Below are positions 24,011 to 37,659 of a DNA stretch of 64,000 nt, piece after piece. How positions within the stretch are numbered: the first letter of the stretch is position 1; each line of letters starts with the position of its first letter. Under the pieces are notes generated by a model, which saw nothing but the letters and a program-made list of their open reading frames with translations, was not told the origin of the DNA and did not search any database. The DNA comes from Malacoraja senta (Eukaryota): assembly GCA_038087875.1 (NCBI GenBank), contig CM075988.1, positions 12,030,001-12,094,000 of the forward strand, in the 5' to 3' direction. The translations under genes were made by a program, and so were the position numbers.

Positions 24011-25045
24011 TTCCACAAGAGGTACAGGGGTGCTTGATGAGCTGTTGTGCGGGTTGTTGAGGAGGCTGTGCATTCCTTCTGCTGCTTTTACTTGGTCCGT
24101 GTGCATCTTGTCAAAGCGATGCAGCATCTTCCCGGATGCTCTTTCTCGATCGTGAGTGATCCCTGCCAGGAGGGAGCCAAACAAGCCAAGGATGATGTTT
24201 TATTTATTCAAACGGACTTGAGCTTCAAACAGTTTTATGATTATCTAAAATGTCTCTAATGCCTTCCAGTGGATAATTCGACATCTTAATTTTTGTTTGT
24301 GCTTTGTGGAACGTCCCCTCAGAAATTGGCTTCCTGCTGCACCTGATTCTCATGGCTCAGATTCTCACTGTCTTGCTGTTCTTTTGTTTCCTTTCAAGTT
24401 CATTGACTTTGCACAAATCTCCATTCGTCATGTGGTGAAACCCATGCGACAGAAAATAGGCCTGTTGGCCAACAGAGTAACACCTGGATGCCTGTGCATT
24501 ATTATCTGGCACAGTGGTGATTTGAATAGACTTGCAACGCAGATACTGTAAATCAATGGAGTCTGCATTAACTGGTGAATGTTGTTAAATGCAGCTCCAT
24601 CCACTCATTATTGAGGCTTTGCACAATATTCTCCAAATGTTAAGTTATTTAACGATAACAAACACAAGGGAGGCAAATTGCAGTTTCATTTTATTTTATA
24701 GACCTTTCCAATTACATTAAAAAGACCACTTAATTTTCTTAATGGAAGTCTCCTGATAGCTCCAATCATATTCAATGCAAGGATAATATGCAAACGATTA
24801 TCATAATTTATACGAAGAATGTTTAAAGAAAAGCGACAATTGGTTCATCTCATTTTATGATCTCTAGACATCCCAAAGACAGTGAATAACTTAAGTAATC
24901 TAGTCAGAGTGCAGATTTTTTTCTTTCTCTCGGTGCAAATCCCCAGAAACTATTGTGAGATAACAGGTAGTTTGCTTCAGATGAGGGATATATGTCAACC
25001 AGGAGGTTCTCTTGCATTCAGCTGAAACTGGGTAAGTTTCAGTTT

Positions 25046-25205
25046 GTGTAGGAAGGAACTGCAGATGCTGGTTTACACTGAAGATAGACACAAGATGCTG
25101 GAGTAACTCAGCGGGACAAGCAGCATCTCTGGAGAGAAGGAATGGGTGACGTTTCGGTCGAAGTCCTTCTTCAGACCAACTCGACCCAGCATTTTGTGTC
25201 TATCC
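25046..25205. mobile_element. PLE fold-back unit with a long reverse arm and short forward arm
   Basis: TSD-like TAAGTTTCAGTTT (25033-25045) and TAGGTTTCGGTTT (25206-25218). Confidence 0.85.
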
Positions 25206-25704
25206 TAGGTTTCGGTTTATTGTCTCTCTGATACTTGCAGCATCCATTCTTCACAAAAAAAAATAAGGTTTTGGTCCATTTTCTGACTGCAGTCCCTCAC
25301 CGAGACATAATGTCACAATGTTCAGCCTGGAAATGCAACATCAAAGTAAGTTGTAGGGGAGTGTTTTGCATTCTTCCTTTCCATTAATACGATATCATTT
25401 AACAAGGCTCTACTGAACCACTTCATCGCTAAGTTGAAACCAAGTTAACATCTCAGGCACTACACTTACAAAGCCTTCACCAACAAGTATGATTCAAGTA
25501 TGATGCATCTGTACTGCAGTTACGTTATCTCTGAGTCAAGATAAAAATCTTCTGTAGGATTTCATTATCACTGAGCAGTTTTTGTAAAGTTGCCCATGGC
25601 ACTTCCAGTTAAAAGTGAACTAGAATGTAGGATATCTCATTCAACACATCCAGGGAGTATTCATATAGCCGACTTGACAAATGATTGGACACAAAACACA
25701 CAAC

Positions 25705-25965
25705 AGAACAGTACAGCACAGGAACCGGGGCTTCAGCCCACAATGTCCATGCCAAACATTATGGCAAATTAAATTGATCTCCTCTGCCTACATGTGGTCC
25801 AATTCCTCCACACCCTGCATATCCATGTGCCTATTGGAAAGCGTCTTAAATACTACTATCATATCAACCTCTACCACCATCCCTGGCAGTGAGTTCCAGG
25901 CATCCACCACACTTTGTAAAAAATATATATTCCCTGCACATCTTCAAACTTTTCCCTCTCACCTC
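25705..25965 (-). mobile_element. CR1-type LINE 3' fragment
   Basis: AGAACAGTACAGCACAGGAAC...CCTGGCAGTGAGTTCCAGG (reverse WNSLP). Confidence 0.78.
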
Positions 25966-26373
25966 GAAACTATTGGGAGTAGATATCAGCAGTTCAATAA
26001 ATCGATCAGCCCACTGGCCTGTAAATGGGGTCATTTGGTTTAATCTATTTAATTTGGTTCAGACTTCAAAACAGAGGGAGCCATGGGCCTGGAAATTCTC
26101 TCACAGAGCACAATACTTGCATAAGCAACTTGAAAGAATTTTACAGGCAATTGTTTTCTTACTGTATAATTTTCAAGGTTCATGAAATTGCTTCAAGCTC
26201 CTCCATGCAGCCACTGAAACATGCATTTAGAAGGCATTTGGCAAAATCCACTCATGCAGAAGAAAATCTTCACAACGAGTGCGAGTTTGCATCAGTAAAA
26301 CATACAGGGGAGTAGCCTGATTGGTTTTCAACCTGTGGAGTTGCAGGCTTGAAAGCATCTGCAAATACATCTC

Positions 26374-26508
26374 AAGACAGTGCTCGAGTAATTCAGCAGA
26401 TAAGGCAGCATCTCTGTCCTCCAGAGATGCTGCGTGACCCGCTGAGTTATTCCAGCACTTTGTATCTTTTTTTCTAAACGGCATCTGCAGTTCCTTGTAA
26501 CTACATAA
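26374..26508. mobile_element. Short PLE fold-back lacking the hammerhead centre
   Basis: GCAGCATCTCTG-TCCTC-CAGAGATGCTGC centre; TSD CTGCAAATACATCTC (26359-26373) and CTGCAATTACATCTC (26509-26523). Confidence 0.82.
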
Positions 26509-27019
26509 CTGCAATTACATCTCCTTTGTTACATACTTGCCCTTCTCTGCTGGTCTCTTTCAGGCCCACAAATGCACATACAGTTCTAATATTTCCGTGG
26601 CAAGTAGCCATCTTCACTCAATTCTCCTCCTAAACAATATACTCCTATCAAATGAAACAAACAGTTGACGCAAACTCTGAGCTTCCAAATAAAAAGACAC
26701 ACAGTGCTGGAGGAACTCAGCAGGCCAGGCAGCATGTAATACTTAAAATATTAGGATATGGAACAATGATATAATATTTCTATGACCAGGCTAGGGAATA
26801 CAAAGTGTGGAGTTTGCAAAAATAAGGGCAGAACTGACTGCTGCAAAAAAACCTTGACGGAATGCTTGAAATAGAAATTTAAAGATAGCACAACAAATGC
26901 AAAACATTCCAAAAATATAATGAATATATAATGTATCAGTAGGTGAAAAGAGGACACCTTCCTTCTCCTCTTCCCCCAGCTTTTAAAATAATCTCTCATA
27001 TTTCCCTGAATCATCCTAA

Positions 27020-27465
27020 GTGTGGTGGATTGGGTGGACACTGCCTGGCTCATCACCGGTACTGACCTCTCCACCATCGATAGCAGGCACTGCTTCAAAA
27101 AGGCAGCCAGCATCATCAAGGACACACACCACCACCCTAGCCACTCTCTCATTTCACCCTTGCCATTGGGAATAAAGTATAGGTGACTGAAAGCTGTGAT
27201 CACCAGATTCAAGAATAACTTCTTCTTAACAACCATCAGGCACTTGAACACTACACACATTAACAAAATGATGATCTATGAGTTGTCATGGTTGCACTAA
27301 GGACATTGTGCTGTCTGTAATAAGGGTTGAGGTTTTCATTTATTGGATTTTTTGGTTTTTTCTATTATCTATGAGTACTGTATTTACAGACCTGTTATGC
27401 TTTTGCAAGTAACATTTTCATAGTACCATTTTTGGTACATATGACATTTAATCATTCTTGACTCT
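27020..27465 (+). mobile_element. Rex1/Babar-type LINE 3' fragment
   Basis: KAASIIKD...HP.HSLISPLPLGIKYR.LKAVITRFKNNFF..TIRHLN (cf. LPSGRRYRS...NSFFP.AIR.LN). Confidence 0.85.
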
Positions 27466-27904
27466 GGTCTAATCAATCTTCATCTATGGTTATTACAACC
27501 TCACGCAATAAATTGTTGGTTTCACTTATTACAGTGTCTTCAATGTTACTCTTGCCATTGTATTAGGCTATTAGCCATAAGACTATAACTCTTCCTTCTT
27601 CACCCTCTTTATGTAGAATAATTCAGATAACTCAACCGCTGCGCCACTGTGCTGCACCTATCTTTTTTTGAAGAAGGATTACTTTTGGGACATGGAGTTC
27701 ATTGAACAAAAAGAATGGAATGATATCCTCTCCAACGTCAATATCTTTTAACTTGTGCATTAAACTCACAAGCTTTTATATCAGTATTAACTGTAAATAT
27801 GAACACAAATAGGGAATGGATGGAAAATAGACAGCTAAATTGGAATGAAGGAATGAATATTGTTATATCTTATCTCATGAGTACTACATATTAGGAATAT
27901 CCTG

Positions 27905-29052
27905 TGTTAGAGTCATAGAGTGATACATTGTGGAAACAGGCCCTTCGGCCCAACTTGCCCACAACGGCCGACAATGTCCCAGCTACACTAGTCCCACTTG
28001 CCTGTGCTTGGTCCATATCCCTCCAAACCTGTCCTATCCATGTATCTGTCCAACTGTTTCTTAAACGATGGGATAGTCCCAGCCTCAACTACCTTCTCTG
28101 GCAGGTTGTTTCATACATCCACCATCTTTTGTGTGAAAATGTTACCCCTCGGATTCCTATTAAATCTTTCCCTCTTCACCTTGAACCTATGCCCTCTGGT
28201 CCTCGATTCCCCTACTCTGGGCAAGAGATCCTGTGCATCTACCGATCTATTCCTCTCATGATTTTGTACACCTCTATAAAACCCCCCCTCATCCTCCTGT
28301 GCTCCATAGGAGCCTACTCAACCTCTCCCTATAGCTCACACCCTTTAGTCCTTGCAACATTCTCCTGAATCTTTTCTGAACCCTTTCAAGCTCGACAATA
28401 TCTTTCCCATAACATGGTGCTCAGAACTGAACACAATATTCTAAATGAGGTTTCACCAATGTCTCATATAGCTGCAACATAACCTCCCAACTTCTATACT
28501 CAATAATCTGACTGATGGCCAAAGTGCCAAAAGCCTTTTTGACCACCTTATCTACCTGCGACTCGACCTTCAAAGAACCATGCACCTGTGCTCCTAGATC
28601 CCACTGCTGTACAACACTACCCAGAGGCCTACCATTTACTGTGTTGGTCCTGCCCTTGTTCGATGTCCCAGAATGCAACACTTCACACTTCTCTGTATTA
28701 AATTCCATCAACCATTCCTCTGCCCACCTGGCCTATCAACCCAGATCCTGCTGCAATCGTTCACAACCATCTTCACTATCTGCAAAACCACTAACTTTTG
28801 TATCATCAGTAAACTTGCTAATCTTGCCCTGTATGTTCTCATCCAATTCATTGATGTAGATGACAAACAGTAATGGGCCCAGCACCGAACCCTGAGGCAC
28901 ACCACTACTTACAGGCATCCCTGTCTGAGAAGCAACCTTCCGCCATTACCCTGTGCTTCCTTCCATGGAGTCAATTTGCTATCCATTCAGCTATCACTCC
29001 TTGGATCCCATGCCATCTAACCTTCCAGAGCAGCCTACCATGTGGAACCTTG
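27905..29052 (-). mobile_element. CR1/HER1-type LINE, about 1.15-kb 3' fragment (frameshifted RT)
   Basis: SGVPQGSVLGPLLFVIYINELD...SKFTDDTK; MEFNTEKCEVLH; LVKPHLEYCVQF; intact 3' tail. Confidence 0.95.
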
Positions 29053-29102
29053 TCATTGTTCATTGATTATTTGTTAGTTCTCATAAAATGTACATTCAAT
29101 AG

Positions 29103-29310
29103 CAGGAGGCATGGTGGGGCAGTGGTCGAGTTGCTTCCTTACAGCACCAGAGACCAGAGTTCGATCCTGACTATGGGTTCTGTCTGTACGGAGTTTGTAC
29201 ATTCTCTCCATGACCTAATTGGATTTTCTCCAGGAGGTCCGGTTTCCTCCCACATTCCAAAGATGTACAGATGTGTTGGTTAATTGGCTTCACTAAAGAT
29301 TGTACATTTT
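29103..29310 (+). mobile_element. HE1-type V-SINE, 3'-truncated
   Basis: A and B boxes (AGTTCGATCC) and V-domain. Confidence 0.85.
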
Positions 29311-29775
29311 TAAGAAAGCTAAATATCAAAGCAAACTATTCTAAATTGTTGAGTAAGTTTCCAGCTTTAATAGCAGTTGCCTGAGTCCGATTGTGTCTGA
29401 GATATTCCCTAACTAGAGTTTCCATTTCAAACCGAGGTTCATTTCTGATCAAACAATAAGAAGCCTTTGATTAATCTGAGTTCAACTGACTGTTTAATTT
29501 TCCTTTTCCTTTTTCTTGAACTATATCCATGACTTATGCCGGATATTTGCAATTTTGAGCACAAGTTACAAATGTTGAGAAAGCTGCTGAAGGATGATTG
29601 AGGATTTAATATCACCAGGTCAAGAGATAGAATCCAACAGGAAATTAGGACAAATATACAAGCTCTGAACAGCTTAAAGTATAAACTTGGCTGCAAATGC
29701 TGACATTGCGTTTCCATCTTGGGTACAATTTATCGATCAATACTTTAAAGCATAGTCCATAATGAATAGACTTAA

Positions 29776-29852
29776 TGTGCAAGAAGGGACTGCAGATGCT
29801 GGTTGAAACCAAAGATAGACACAAAAAACTGGAGTAACTCAGTGGGTCAGAC
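29776..29852 (-). mobile_element. 77-bp PLE tail insertion
   Basis: Perfect 15-bp TSD AATGAATAGACTTAA (29761-29775, 29853-29867). Confidence 0.88.
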
Positions 29853-29889
29853 AATGAATAGACTTAAAGCAAGATTTAATTTGAGAAAA

Positions 29890-30072
29890 AAAAAGTGCTG
29901 GAGTAACTCGTTAGTCTGGCAGCATCTGTGGATGCTAATTAATCTGAAGGAGGGTACCATTCCAAAACTTCACCTATCCATGTTCTCTAGAGATGCTGCC
30001 TGACCCGGTGGATTGCACATGCACGTTGTGTCTTTTTTTGGTAAACCAGCATCTGCAGTTCCTTGTGTCTCC
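29890..30072. mobile_element. PLE fold-back unit (degenerate)
   Basis: Short reverse arm, then CTGAAGGAGGGTACCATTCCAAAAC...GCATCTGCAGTTCCTTGTG. Confidence 0.75.
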
Positions 30073-30749
30073 ATTGTAAATTGGAATACGTTCATGTTTG
30101 CAAGATGCAAAGCCTTTGCTGGAAATCTAACGGAGCCGCTACACCAACTTTATTTGAATTCATCAAAATAGTCCAGTAACATAACAAATCCGGTAAAATA
30201 AGAAACAACTGAATTTCAGTAAATTGGAGCCTATAAATCTTTTCTTCAACTGCAATTTCATAACTATGTTAAGTAATGAGCTATGGAGATACTTGTTTTA
30301 CTTGCTTGTTGTTTGTTGGTCCAATAGTTAGACTCAAGGGCCAAACCAATGCCTACAACGTTATATTTTGCAAAAACAAGTCATCTGAAATATCTGTCTT
30401 TTTGAAATAAGCACAGTGAAATTGAGTTCAGTAAGTGGAGCAAACCCACTTAGTTTTTGCCCTATGGAAGGTTCTATTCCATTTGAATGGAATGTCAGAC
30501 ATCTTGTTCTCAAAGTATATATTCCATCTTTATTCAACGGATTGATGTAAAACAACCGTTTAAAATCTGTAGAGCATAGAACTTGCATCATATTATTTTT
30601 GTCTTTCACATGTGATTTTTTGGTTCATTTCCTCTCTGCTTCATGCACATAAACAGACCATATGTTGAAGTAAGACAAATCAGCATTAGTTATATTTAGA
30701 ACTTTTCCTCATGGTGGAAAACATTTCCAATATTATTCTGATAAAGTAG

Positions 30750-30882
30750 TGTATGAAAGAACTGCAGATGCTGGTTTAAATCAAAGGTAGACTCAAAATG
30801 CTGGAGTAACTCAGTGGGACAGGCAGCATCCCTGGAGAGAAGGAATGGGTGACGTTTTGGGTCGAGACCCTTCTTCAGACTC
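30750..30882 (-). mobile_element. PLE terminal repeat ending just beyond the hammerhead motif
   Basis: Minus strand AGTCTGAAGAAGGGTCTCGACCCAAAACGTCACCC... plus tail. Confidence 0.88.
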
Positions 30883-31121
30883 AAATGGTGTGTTGTGGAT
30901 CTGCGGCTTTCTAACGTGTACATTTGCCTGTCATTACAGAGTGTCTTATACGGTGAACAGGCTCTGCTTGAACACACATACCTTGAAATACCAGGAGTTG
31001 GAGTCGGCTACTCTGCTCTTCAAGCTTGCTCTGTTATTTATAAAGATCATGACTGATTTGATTGTAACATCAACATTTACATTGGATGGCCAAGCTCGGA
31101 CTTTATTCCTTGAAGTGCAGA

Positions 31122-31510
31122 ATGTTGAGGGGTGATCTTATAAAGGGGTATAAGATAATGAGAGGAATAGGTCGGGTAAATGCACTGAATCTGTTGCCCA
31201 GAGTAGAGGAATCAAGACCAGAGGGCTTAGGTTAATGGTGAGGGAGGAAACAATTAATAGGAACCTTAGGAGCAGCTTTGTTGCAGGAAGGGTGGTGGGT
31301 ATTTGGAATGAGCTGCCAGAGGAGGTAGTTGAGCATGTACAATCATAAGGTTTAGAAAACATTTGGATGCGTACATAGATAGGACAGATTTAGAAGGATA
31401 TGTGCCAAATTCAGGCAGGAGAGGCGAGTGTAGATGGGGCCTGTTGGTTGGCAAGGGCAAGTTGGGTCGAAGAGTTTGTTTCCATGCTGTGTGGCTCGAT
31501 GACTCGTATG
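31122..31510 (+). mobile_element. CR1/HER1-type LINE 3' fragment
   Basis: LRGDLIKGYKIMRGI...ESRPEG...WNELPEEVV; CR1 tail. Confidence 0.9.
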
Positions 31511-32699
31511 ACTTGCTAACTTTGCAATTGCGTGCTTATTGATCTTTCCAATTTGGTAAAACTTAGCATCCCTTTGCTTTTGATCTTTCCACACTAATTG
31601 AAAATATATTAACTGAAGGTATATCAAGGATCTCTTCCACCACCTCTTTTAGGAAAGGACTTCCAAAGACTCACGATACTCATGAGGTTAAGATGATATG
31701 TAGGTTGGTTACCTAAATTTGGAGAATACAATGTTCATACAATTGGGTTGGACACTATGCAAACGGAATTTGAGACAGTTTAGTCAGGGACAGAGTTGAT
31801 GTTCTTTGCAGTTTGGAGCATGAGTCCCAAAGGCTGTCTAGTTTTCCCAGCACAAGGATTATGATAGCTCTTCGGGAGAAACTTAAACTGGGGCAATAAA
31901 GACTCATTGTGATCCTCATGGGAAATTGGTAAGGCTTGCGAGAAAACCTATTCATTCCGTGTAAGAAATAATTGTTTGTTTATCACTGCAGGGACAATGT
32001 GGTTTTGATCACTAGTATGCCACATCTCCTGATTTTCCAATGATCTGGAGTGTTGAAATTGAGATATAGCTGTCAGCTGTGAATATACGGTCTGTGTCTC
32101 CCGAAATCAAAGTCCTTAAAGTACTAAAAAATGCTTATAATTCTTGAAACCAGCTCCTCAGATTCATCAAGAGGAAGACATTCCAGTTGAGATATTAAAT
32201 GTATGCAATTATTCATCAAGCCACAGATTAGAAACTAGAAAATTATTCCTGTCAGCCGGGCAGCATTTCACTTCGAAATAATGAGCATGTTATGAGCATG
32301 TTAATAAACATGAATGTGGTTTACAATACATCGCACCATTGCTATGTTCTGATGCAACCTGAAAATAAAATATTAATCCTCTTTGTTTGGGTGCTTTTGC
32401 ATTATGCATTATGGAAATAAATCTCAAAACAAATTATTATTTTTTAAAATTAGTTTACGATGGAGTCAGTGATTCTGTGATTTCTGGCGACTTTATTCGT
32501 CCAAGAAGAAGCACCAGTTGGTTTACTGTCTTGTCCCTTGACATCAGAACCAATTGCAAAATAACAGAACCAATAAAAAAACTTGAGCCCCTAGGTCAAA
32601 GTGAAGCATTCTGCTGCTTTCAAAGAAATATCAGATAAAATAATCATTTCAAGCGATACTGTATGAAGCAGTGGAATCATGCAGTATAAGAATAAAAGG

Positions 32700-32915
32700 A
32701 TGCAAACTGCTGGAGCAATTCAGCAGGTCAGGCAGAATCTCTGGAGAACACGGATAGGCGAAGTTTCGGGTCGAGTCCCTACTTCAGACTGAAGTCTCAA
32801 CCCAAAGCATCACATATTCATGTTCTCCAGAGATGCTGCCTGACCTGTTGAGTTACTCCAGCACTTTGTGCCTTTTTTGTGTATTAACCATGATCTGTAC
32901 TTATTTGTTTCTACG
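32700..32915. mobile_element. PLE fold-back unit
   Basis: Inverted arms meeting at CTTCAGACTGAAG; tail on the right arm only. Confidence 0.82.
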
Positions 32916-33369
32916 TAATGTGAGAACAATTCTGATGTGAAAACTTAAATGAGATCAAAGCTTTTATGCCAAATCTTTCACTGAAAATTAAATAGTGGAT
33001 TAGTTGTTGGTGTTGTCTGAATTTCAGTGTGGTCAGTTGTGTGCCTTATTAGGGCAAAAAAAAGCGCTAGCACAATTTTTTTTAATGGAATACTGAATTA
33101 GGATACTTTTTAACACCAATGCAAAATCATTGAACAATATTTTTTAGATTGGATTTCATGGACGGACAATTATGCTTGGCAGTTTTAGGCCTAGAGGTAT
33201 TCATTTAATCTTCTGAAAAGGGACTGATTCTGGTTTCCATAATTCCTAGCCTACATTTGTCTTGTATTCCCATTGATATTGGCAAGATTGATAATGAATA
33301 GACGCTGTTGTTGATTTGTTAATTAAAAAATGTCAGCATAAAACTTTGTTATAATATTGTTTTGCAAAC

Positions 33370-33728
33370 AATGGTAGCATACGACATTAACAGGCCTTTA
33401 GATAGGCACACGGATGTGCAGAGAATGGATATGCATCAAATTCATGTGGATAGCATTAGTTTATCTTGGCAACATGTTCGGTCGAGAAATTGTGGGCTGA
33501 AGGGCCTGTTCTTGTGCTGTACTCTTCTATTTTCTAAGTTCACATTAGTGGTCTGTGTTATGGTACATAGAAAATAGGTGCAGGAGTAGGCCATTCGGCC
33601 CTTTGAGCCAGCACTGCCATTCAAAATGATGATGGCTGATCATCCAAACTCAGCACTCTGTGCCGGCTTTTTCGCAATATTCCTTGATTCCCTTAGCCCT
33701 AAGAGCTAAATCTAACTCTCTCTTGAAA
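33370..33728. mobile_element. Two CR1 3' tails (+ 33370-33530, - 33565-33728)
   Basis: GGGCTGAAGGGCCTGTTCTTGTGCTGT; ATAGGTGCAGGAGTAGGCCATTCGGCCC. Confidence 0.8.
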
Positions 33729-35424
33729 GAGATTATTACAATTATTTAGGAAGAACTTCAGTTAGTCAGCCTGCAGAGAGTATTCTTAGATTTTGTGCTG
33801 TGGACTTGTTGGAGGGAAATGTTTGGATCAATTGAGGGATTCCTTCACTCCAATAGATATTTGAGTTGCCCCTTTATTTCCAATTTTTGTTCCAAATGTT
33901 TTTTTTAATTTAATAGCTGCTTTTTCATCCATCATTTAATTTAAATTAATTTTATATTTTTGAATGCTCAATTAATTTTTCAAGCATGTATAAATTGATA
34001 TAAACTTAGTTTCAATCTAAATGAACCATATCCAGTATCCCAACATCGCATTTATTTATTTTGTAATTCACCCTTCATGTAGGTGAGCTGACTGAAATGT
34101 GTAGTAAGCTTTTATATTCAAGGGCAGAAAATGCTGAATAGGAAAAACAATACGAGTGGATTTTTAAAGTGGGTCAGACATGAACAACTGTGGATTATCA
34201 TTAAAAATTAATCTTAATGTGGACTGCGGGGAGCATAATGTAAGTCGTAATTTATAATAATTCTGATGAGCTTTTAAGTTTTTTAAAATTTAACCAAACC
34301 TCACTAACCAGTATTGTGATGCTTTGAATCATGTTCAGAATTACTTTCCCAAATTGAATACAGATCCTGCTTAGACCTGTGACCTCATCCTTGATATGAA
34401 ATAGTCTGTCGTTTAACTCGTACTACTTTAGCAAGCAATATGTAAATGAATCCTTGTGTTTGGTGAACATAAGATAGCACTCTAATGTATATAATAAAGC
34501 TGTTCATATGAACCTAATTATAGTGTAATTGGTACTTAAAAAAAAAAAAAATCTCAAACCAGTTCATCAGCTAATTTCCTCTACATTAATGGCACCTTGT
34601 GTTTCAACAGTATATCTTAAATTGATTATAAAAATCAATACTTGAGGCCCATTAGAAAGATAATTTTCTTTTTTTGAGAACAAATCCAAATGAAAAACAC
34701 TTCCATTTTATTTCCAAAGTCTCTTTCAAATCGAATGGCTAGGTATTGCCGAAACTGGATGCTGCTTCAATAAGGTTTCAACTGACACACTGGAAAGAGC
34801 AAACTTCGATCATTTCATGTTGTTTTAAGACTAGAAAGCAGAACCACCATTGATCCAAGAGGAACAAAATTGGGTGATCAAGCTCGTCGCGCCAGTCCTG
34901 GGCTTTGGTGACAGAGAGGGTTCCCAGGGACTGAGTTGGCTCTAATCGTCTGCCGGCTAGTGTGCACTTTCCCCCTCCAGGCTACCAACTCACTGCCTCT
35001 CCCTTACTTGTGATGGAACATGTACTCACCAAGCTGATTGATTGCCCTCTCTGTACCTTGGAGATGAATTACTGACAACCACCCCACTGTCACACCAGCC
35101 CACCCCCCCCCCCCACAATACACTAAAAGCAGGGACTGTAGAGAAACAGAAATCTCATCAGGACGCTGAAGAGTGAGGCTGGAAAACTTTAGAGCAGGTT
35201 ATGAGAGGACAAACTGGATCTTCCTGCAACACAGAGAAGCTACGTTTCTGAGGCTTTGCCTGTAATCCAAATGAATCCTGAGCCAAACAAGATATTAAAT
35301 ATTAATGTGGAAATATTGAGGGACTAAATTTAATTCAAGGTTGGCTACACTTCTTGACACAACAACAACAAAAATATCATGAATTCTAATTTACCAACAA
35401 GTGGCGTGATAGTGGTGTTGCGGG

Positions 35425-36055
35425 CGGTTAAAAACGCTTTCTGCACTTTGGCTTTCATCAGTCAGGGTATTGAGTGAAGCAGTTGGGGGGTCATGTTGCA
35501 GTTATATATGACATTGCCAGGGCCACGTTTAGAGTATTGTGTTCAGTATTGGACACCGTGTTATACGAAAGATGTTGTGTCAAGCTGGAAAGGGTGCAGT
35601 GAAGATTTACGAGGATGTTGCCAGGACTCAAGGAAGCGTTGAGGAGGCTGGGGCTCTATTCCTTGGAGTGCAGTAGCATGAGGGGTGATGTTATAGAAGT
35701 GTACAAAACCGTCAGAGGTATAGATCAGGTAAACACACAATCTCTTGCCCAGTGCAGGGGAATTGAGAACCAGACCACATAGGTTTAAGGTGAGCGGGAA
35801 AGGATTTAATAGGAACCTGTGGGGGTAACTTTTTTGACACAAAGGGTAGTGGGTATATGGAACGAGCTGCCTGATGAGGTAGTTGCGACAGGTACCATTA
35901 CAATGTTTAAGAAGCATTTAGACAGGCACATGGATAGGATAGGTTTAGAGGGATATGGGCCAAATGCAGGCAAGTGGGACTAGTATAGATGGGATATGTT
36001 GGTCGGTGTGGGCAGGTTAGGCCGATTTACCCATTTCCATGCTGTATGACTCTAA
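35425..36055 (+). mobile_element. CR1/HER1-type LINE 3' fragment
   Basis: VMLQLYMTL.RPRLEYCVQYW-like segment, WNELPDEVV, CR1 tail. Confidence 0.92.
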
Positions 36056-36564
36056 GTGTACAGGTCCACGGGGGTGGGATTGGGGTAGTTTGCCAGAAAT
36101 TCATCAGGAAGCAATGGATTGGAGTTTTTCGTTCTTGAGATTAGGGTTATTATGTAAATTAAAATCTCGTGTACCAACAAACTTCTTATTTGTTCGACTT
36201 CTGAGCATTTTGGTGACGTGTCTTTTAAAGAACCCAAAAGCTTGAGGTTTAACCTGTTTTTTGTTTTTAACTTGTGGACACTGAGATTCTTGCATTTCAA
36301 TAATCTCAGCAGGGAAAAGATGGCAAGCAAAACTCTAAGTCAGTCGCAATTGATTGCTCATTTGGACTATGGAAGAAGGTATGCTTCAATATATTGTCAG
36401 TGTAACCCTGTACTACCCCACCAAAGATGTCAGATTTCACTTTCTCCACCTCTCTGTCATCATCTGATTCACTCCAACTCCTTGTACTACTAGCCAGCCT
36501 GAAGCTGCTTCCAGTCCAGTAAACGTCAAGCCTGTCATTACGATGGCTGGCTGATGGGAAATAG

Positions 36565-36685
36565 ACATTAGACAATAGGTGCGGGAGTAGGCCATTCGGC
36601 ATTTCGAGCCAGCACCACCATTCAATGTGATCATGGCTGCTCATCCACAATCAGTACCCTGTTCCTGCCTTATCCACATATCCCA
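36565..36685 (-). mobile_element. CR1 3' tail
   Basis: AGACAATAGGTGCGGGAGTAGGCCATTCGGC... Confidence 0.8.
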
Positions 36686-36849
36686 ATAGAAATAATTGAA
36701 AACTTTCAAGGGCATTTGGCTCGCAATTCTCTTGGGCATTACCATACTCTATTGTGCTGCACAATTGAATTTTATCTGAAATGATCTTGGTTCTTCCAGA
36801 TTTTCTGTTTGAAAATCCTCTCATAGTCTCTCTCCAGCTCCAAGTAATT

Positions 36850-37170
36850 ATGCAGTGGCCCAATGATGTAGCCAGTAGACTGCCGTTTCACAACTCAAGC
36901 CGCCTGTATTCAATCCTGTCCTCTGGTGCTACCCATGTAGAGTTCACATGTTCTCCCTGTGACTGTGTGGGTTTCCTCTGAGTGGTCCACTTTCCTCCCA
37001 AATCTCAAAGACGAGGGTCAGTAGGTTCATTAACAAGTGTAAGTTGCCCCTAGTGTGAGGAAGAGTGGTAGAATCTGGGGGAGTTGATGAAAAAATGGGG
37101 ACATTATAATTGCACTGGTGTTAAATGGGTGCATGGACAGTGAGTTAAAGGGCTTGTTTCCTTTCTGTAT
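36850..37170 (+). mobile_element. Older HE1-type V-SINE
   Basis: GAGTTCACATGTTCTCCCTGTGACTGTGTGGGTTTCC V-domain and tail. Confidence 0.8.
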
Positions 37171-37459
37171 GGATCTATATTCCTAAATATTGATACGTGT
37201 TTAGCCAAAGAGCCTGTTTCAATGTTGTATACTTCCATGACTCTCCATTGCTTCTACAAATCTGACTGAACCTGCAATAGAATTTGTGAGTCATCAACTC
37301 GTGCATTAAATATGATGTTGTCAATGGAAAATCTAACCATCTTTCCACTTAGAATTAAGGATTCAGTAATTACTTGTTCCATAATGCACTAATGTAACTT
37401 GCCATTTCATTTTAATGCTATCTTTAAACTATACCTAACCCAACTATACCTTTCCCTCA

Positions 37460-37659
37460 AAATGTCAAAACAAGGAACTGCAGATGCAGGTTTACACAAA
37501 ACAACATGAAGTGCTGGAGTAACTAAGCGGGCATGCATCATCTCTGGAGAACATGGATGGGTGACGTTTCAGGTCGGGACCCTTCTTCAGACTAATGTTC
37601 AGTCACCTATCCGTGTTCTCCAGAGGCCTCTGAGCCATCTGAGTTACTCCAGCACTGTG
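37460..37659. mobile_element. PLE fold-back unit
   Basis: Perfect 15-bp TSD TATACCTTTCCCTCA (37445-37459, 37660-37674); minus-strand hammerhead motif at about 37559-37593. Confidence 0.9.

Noticed and set aside
24047..24259. 70-aa ORF and its antisense 79-aa ORF
   Set aside because: No recognisable motif or splice context; the antisense frame runs into a PLE repeat.
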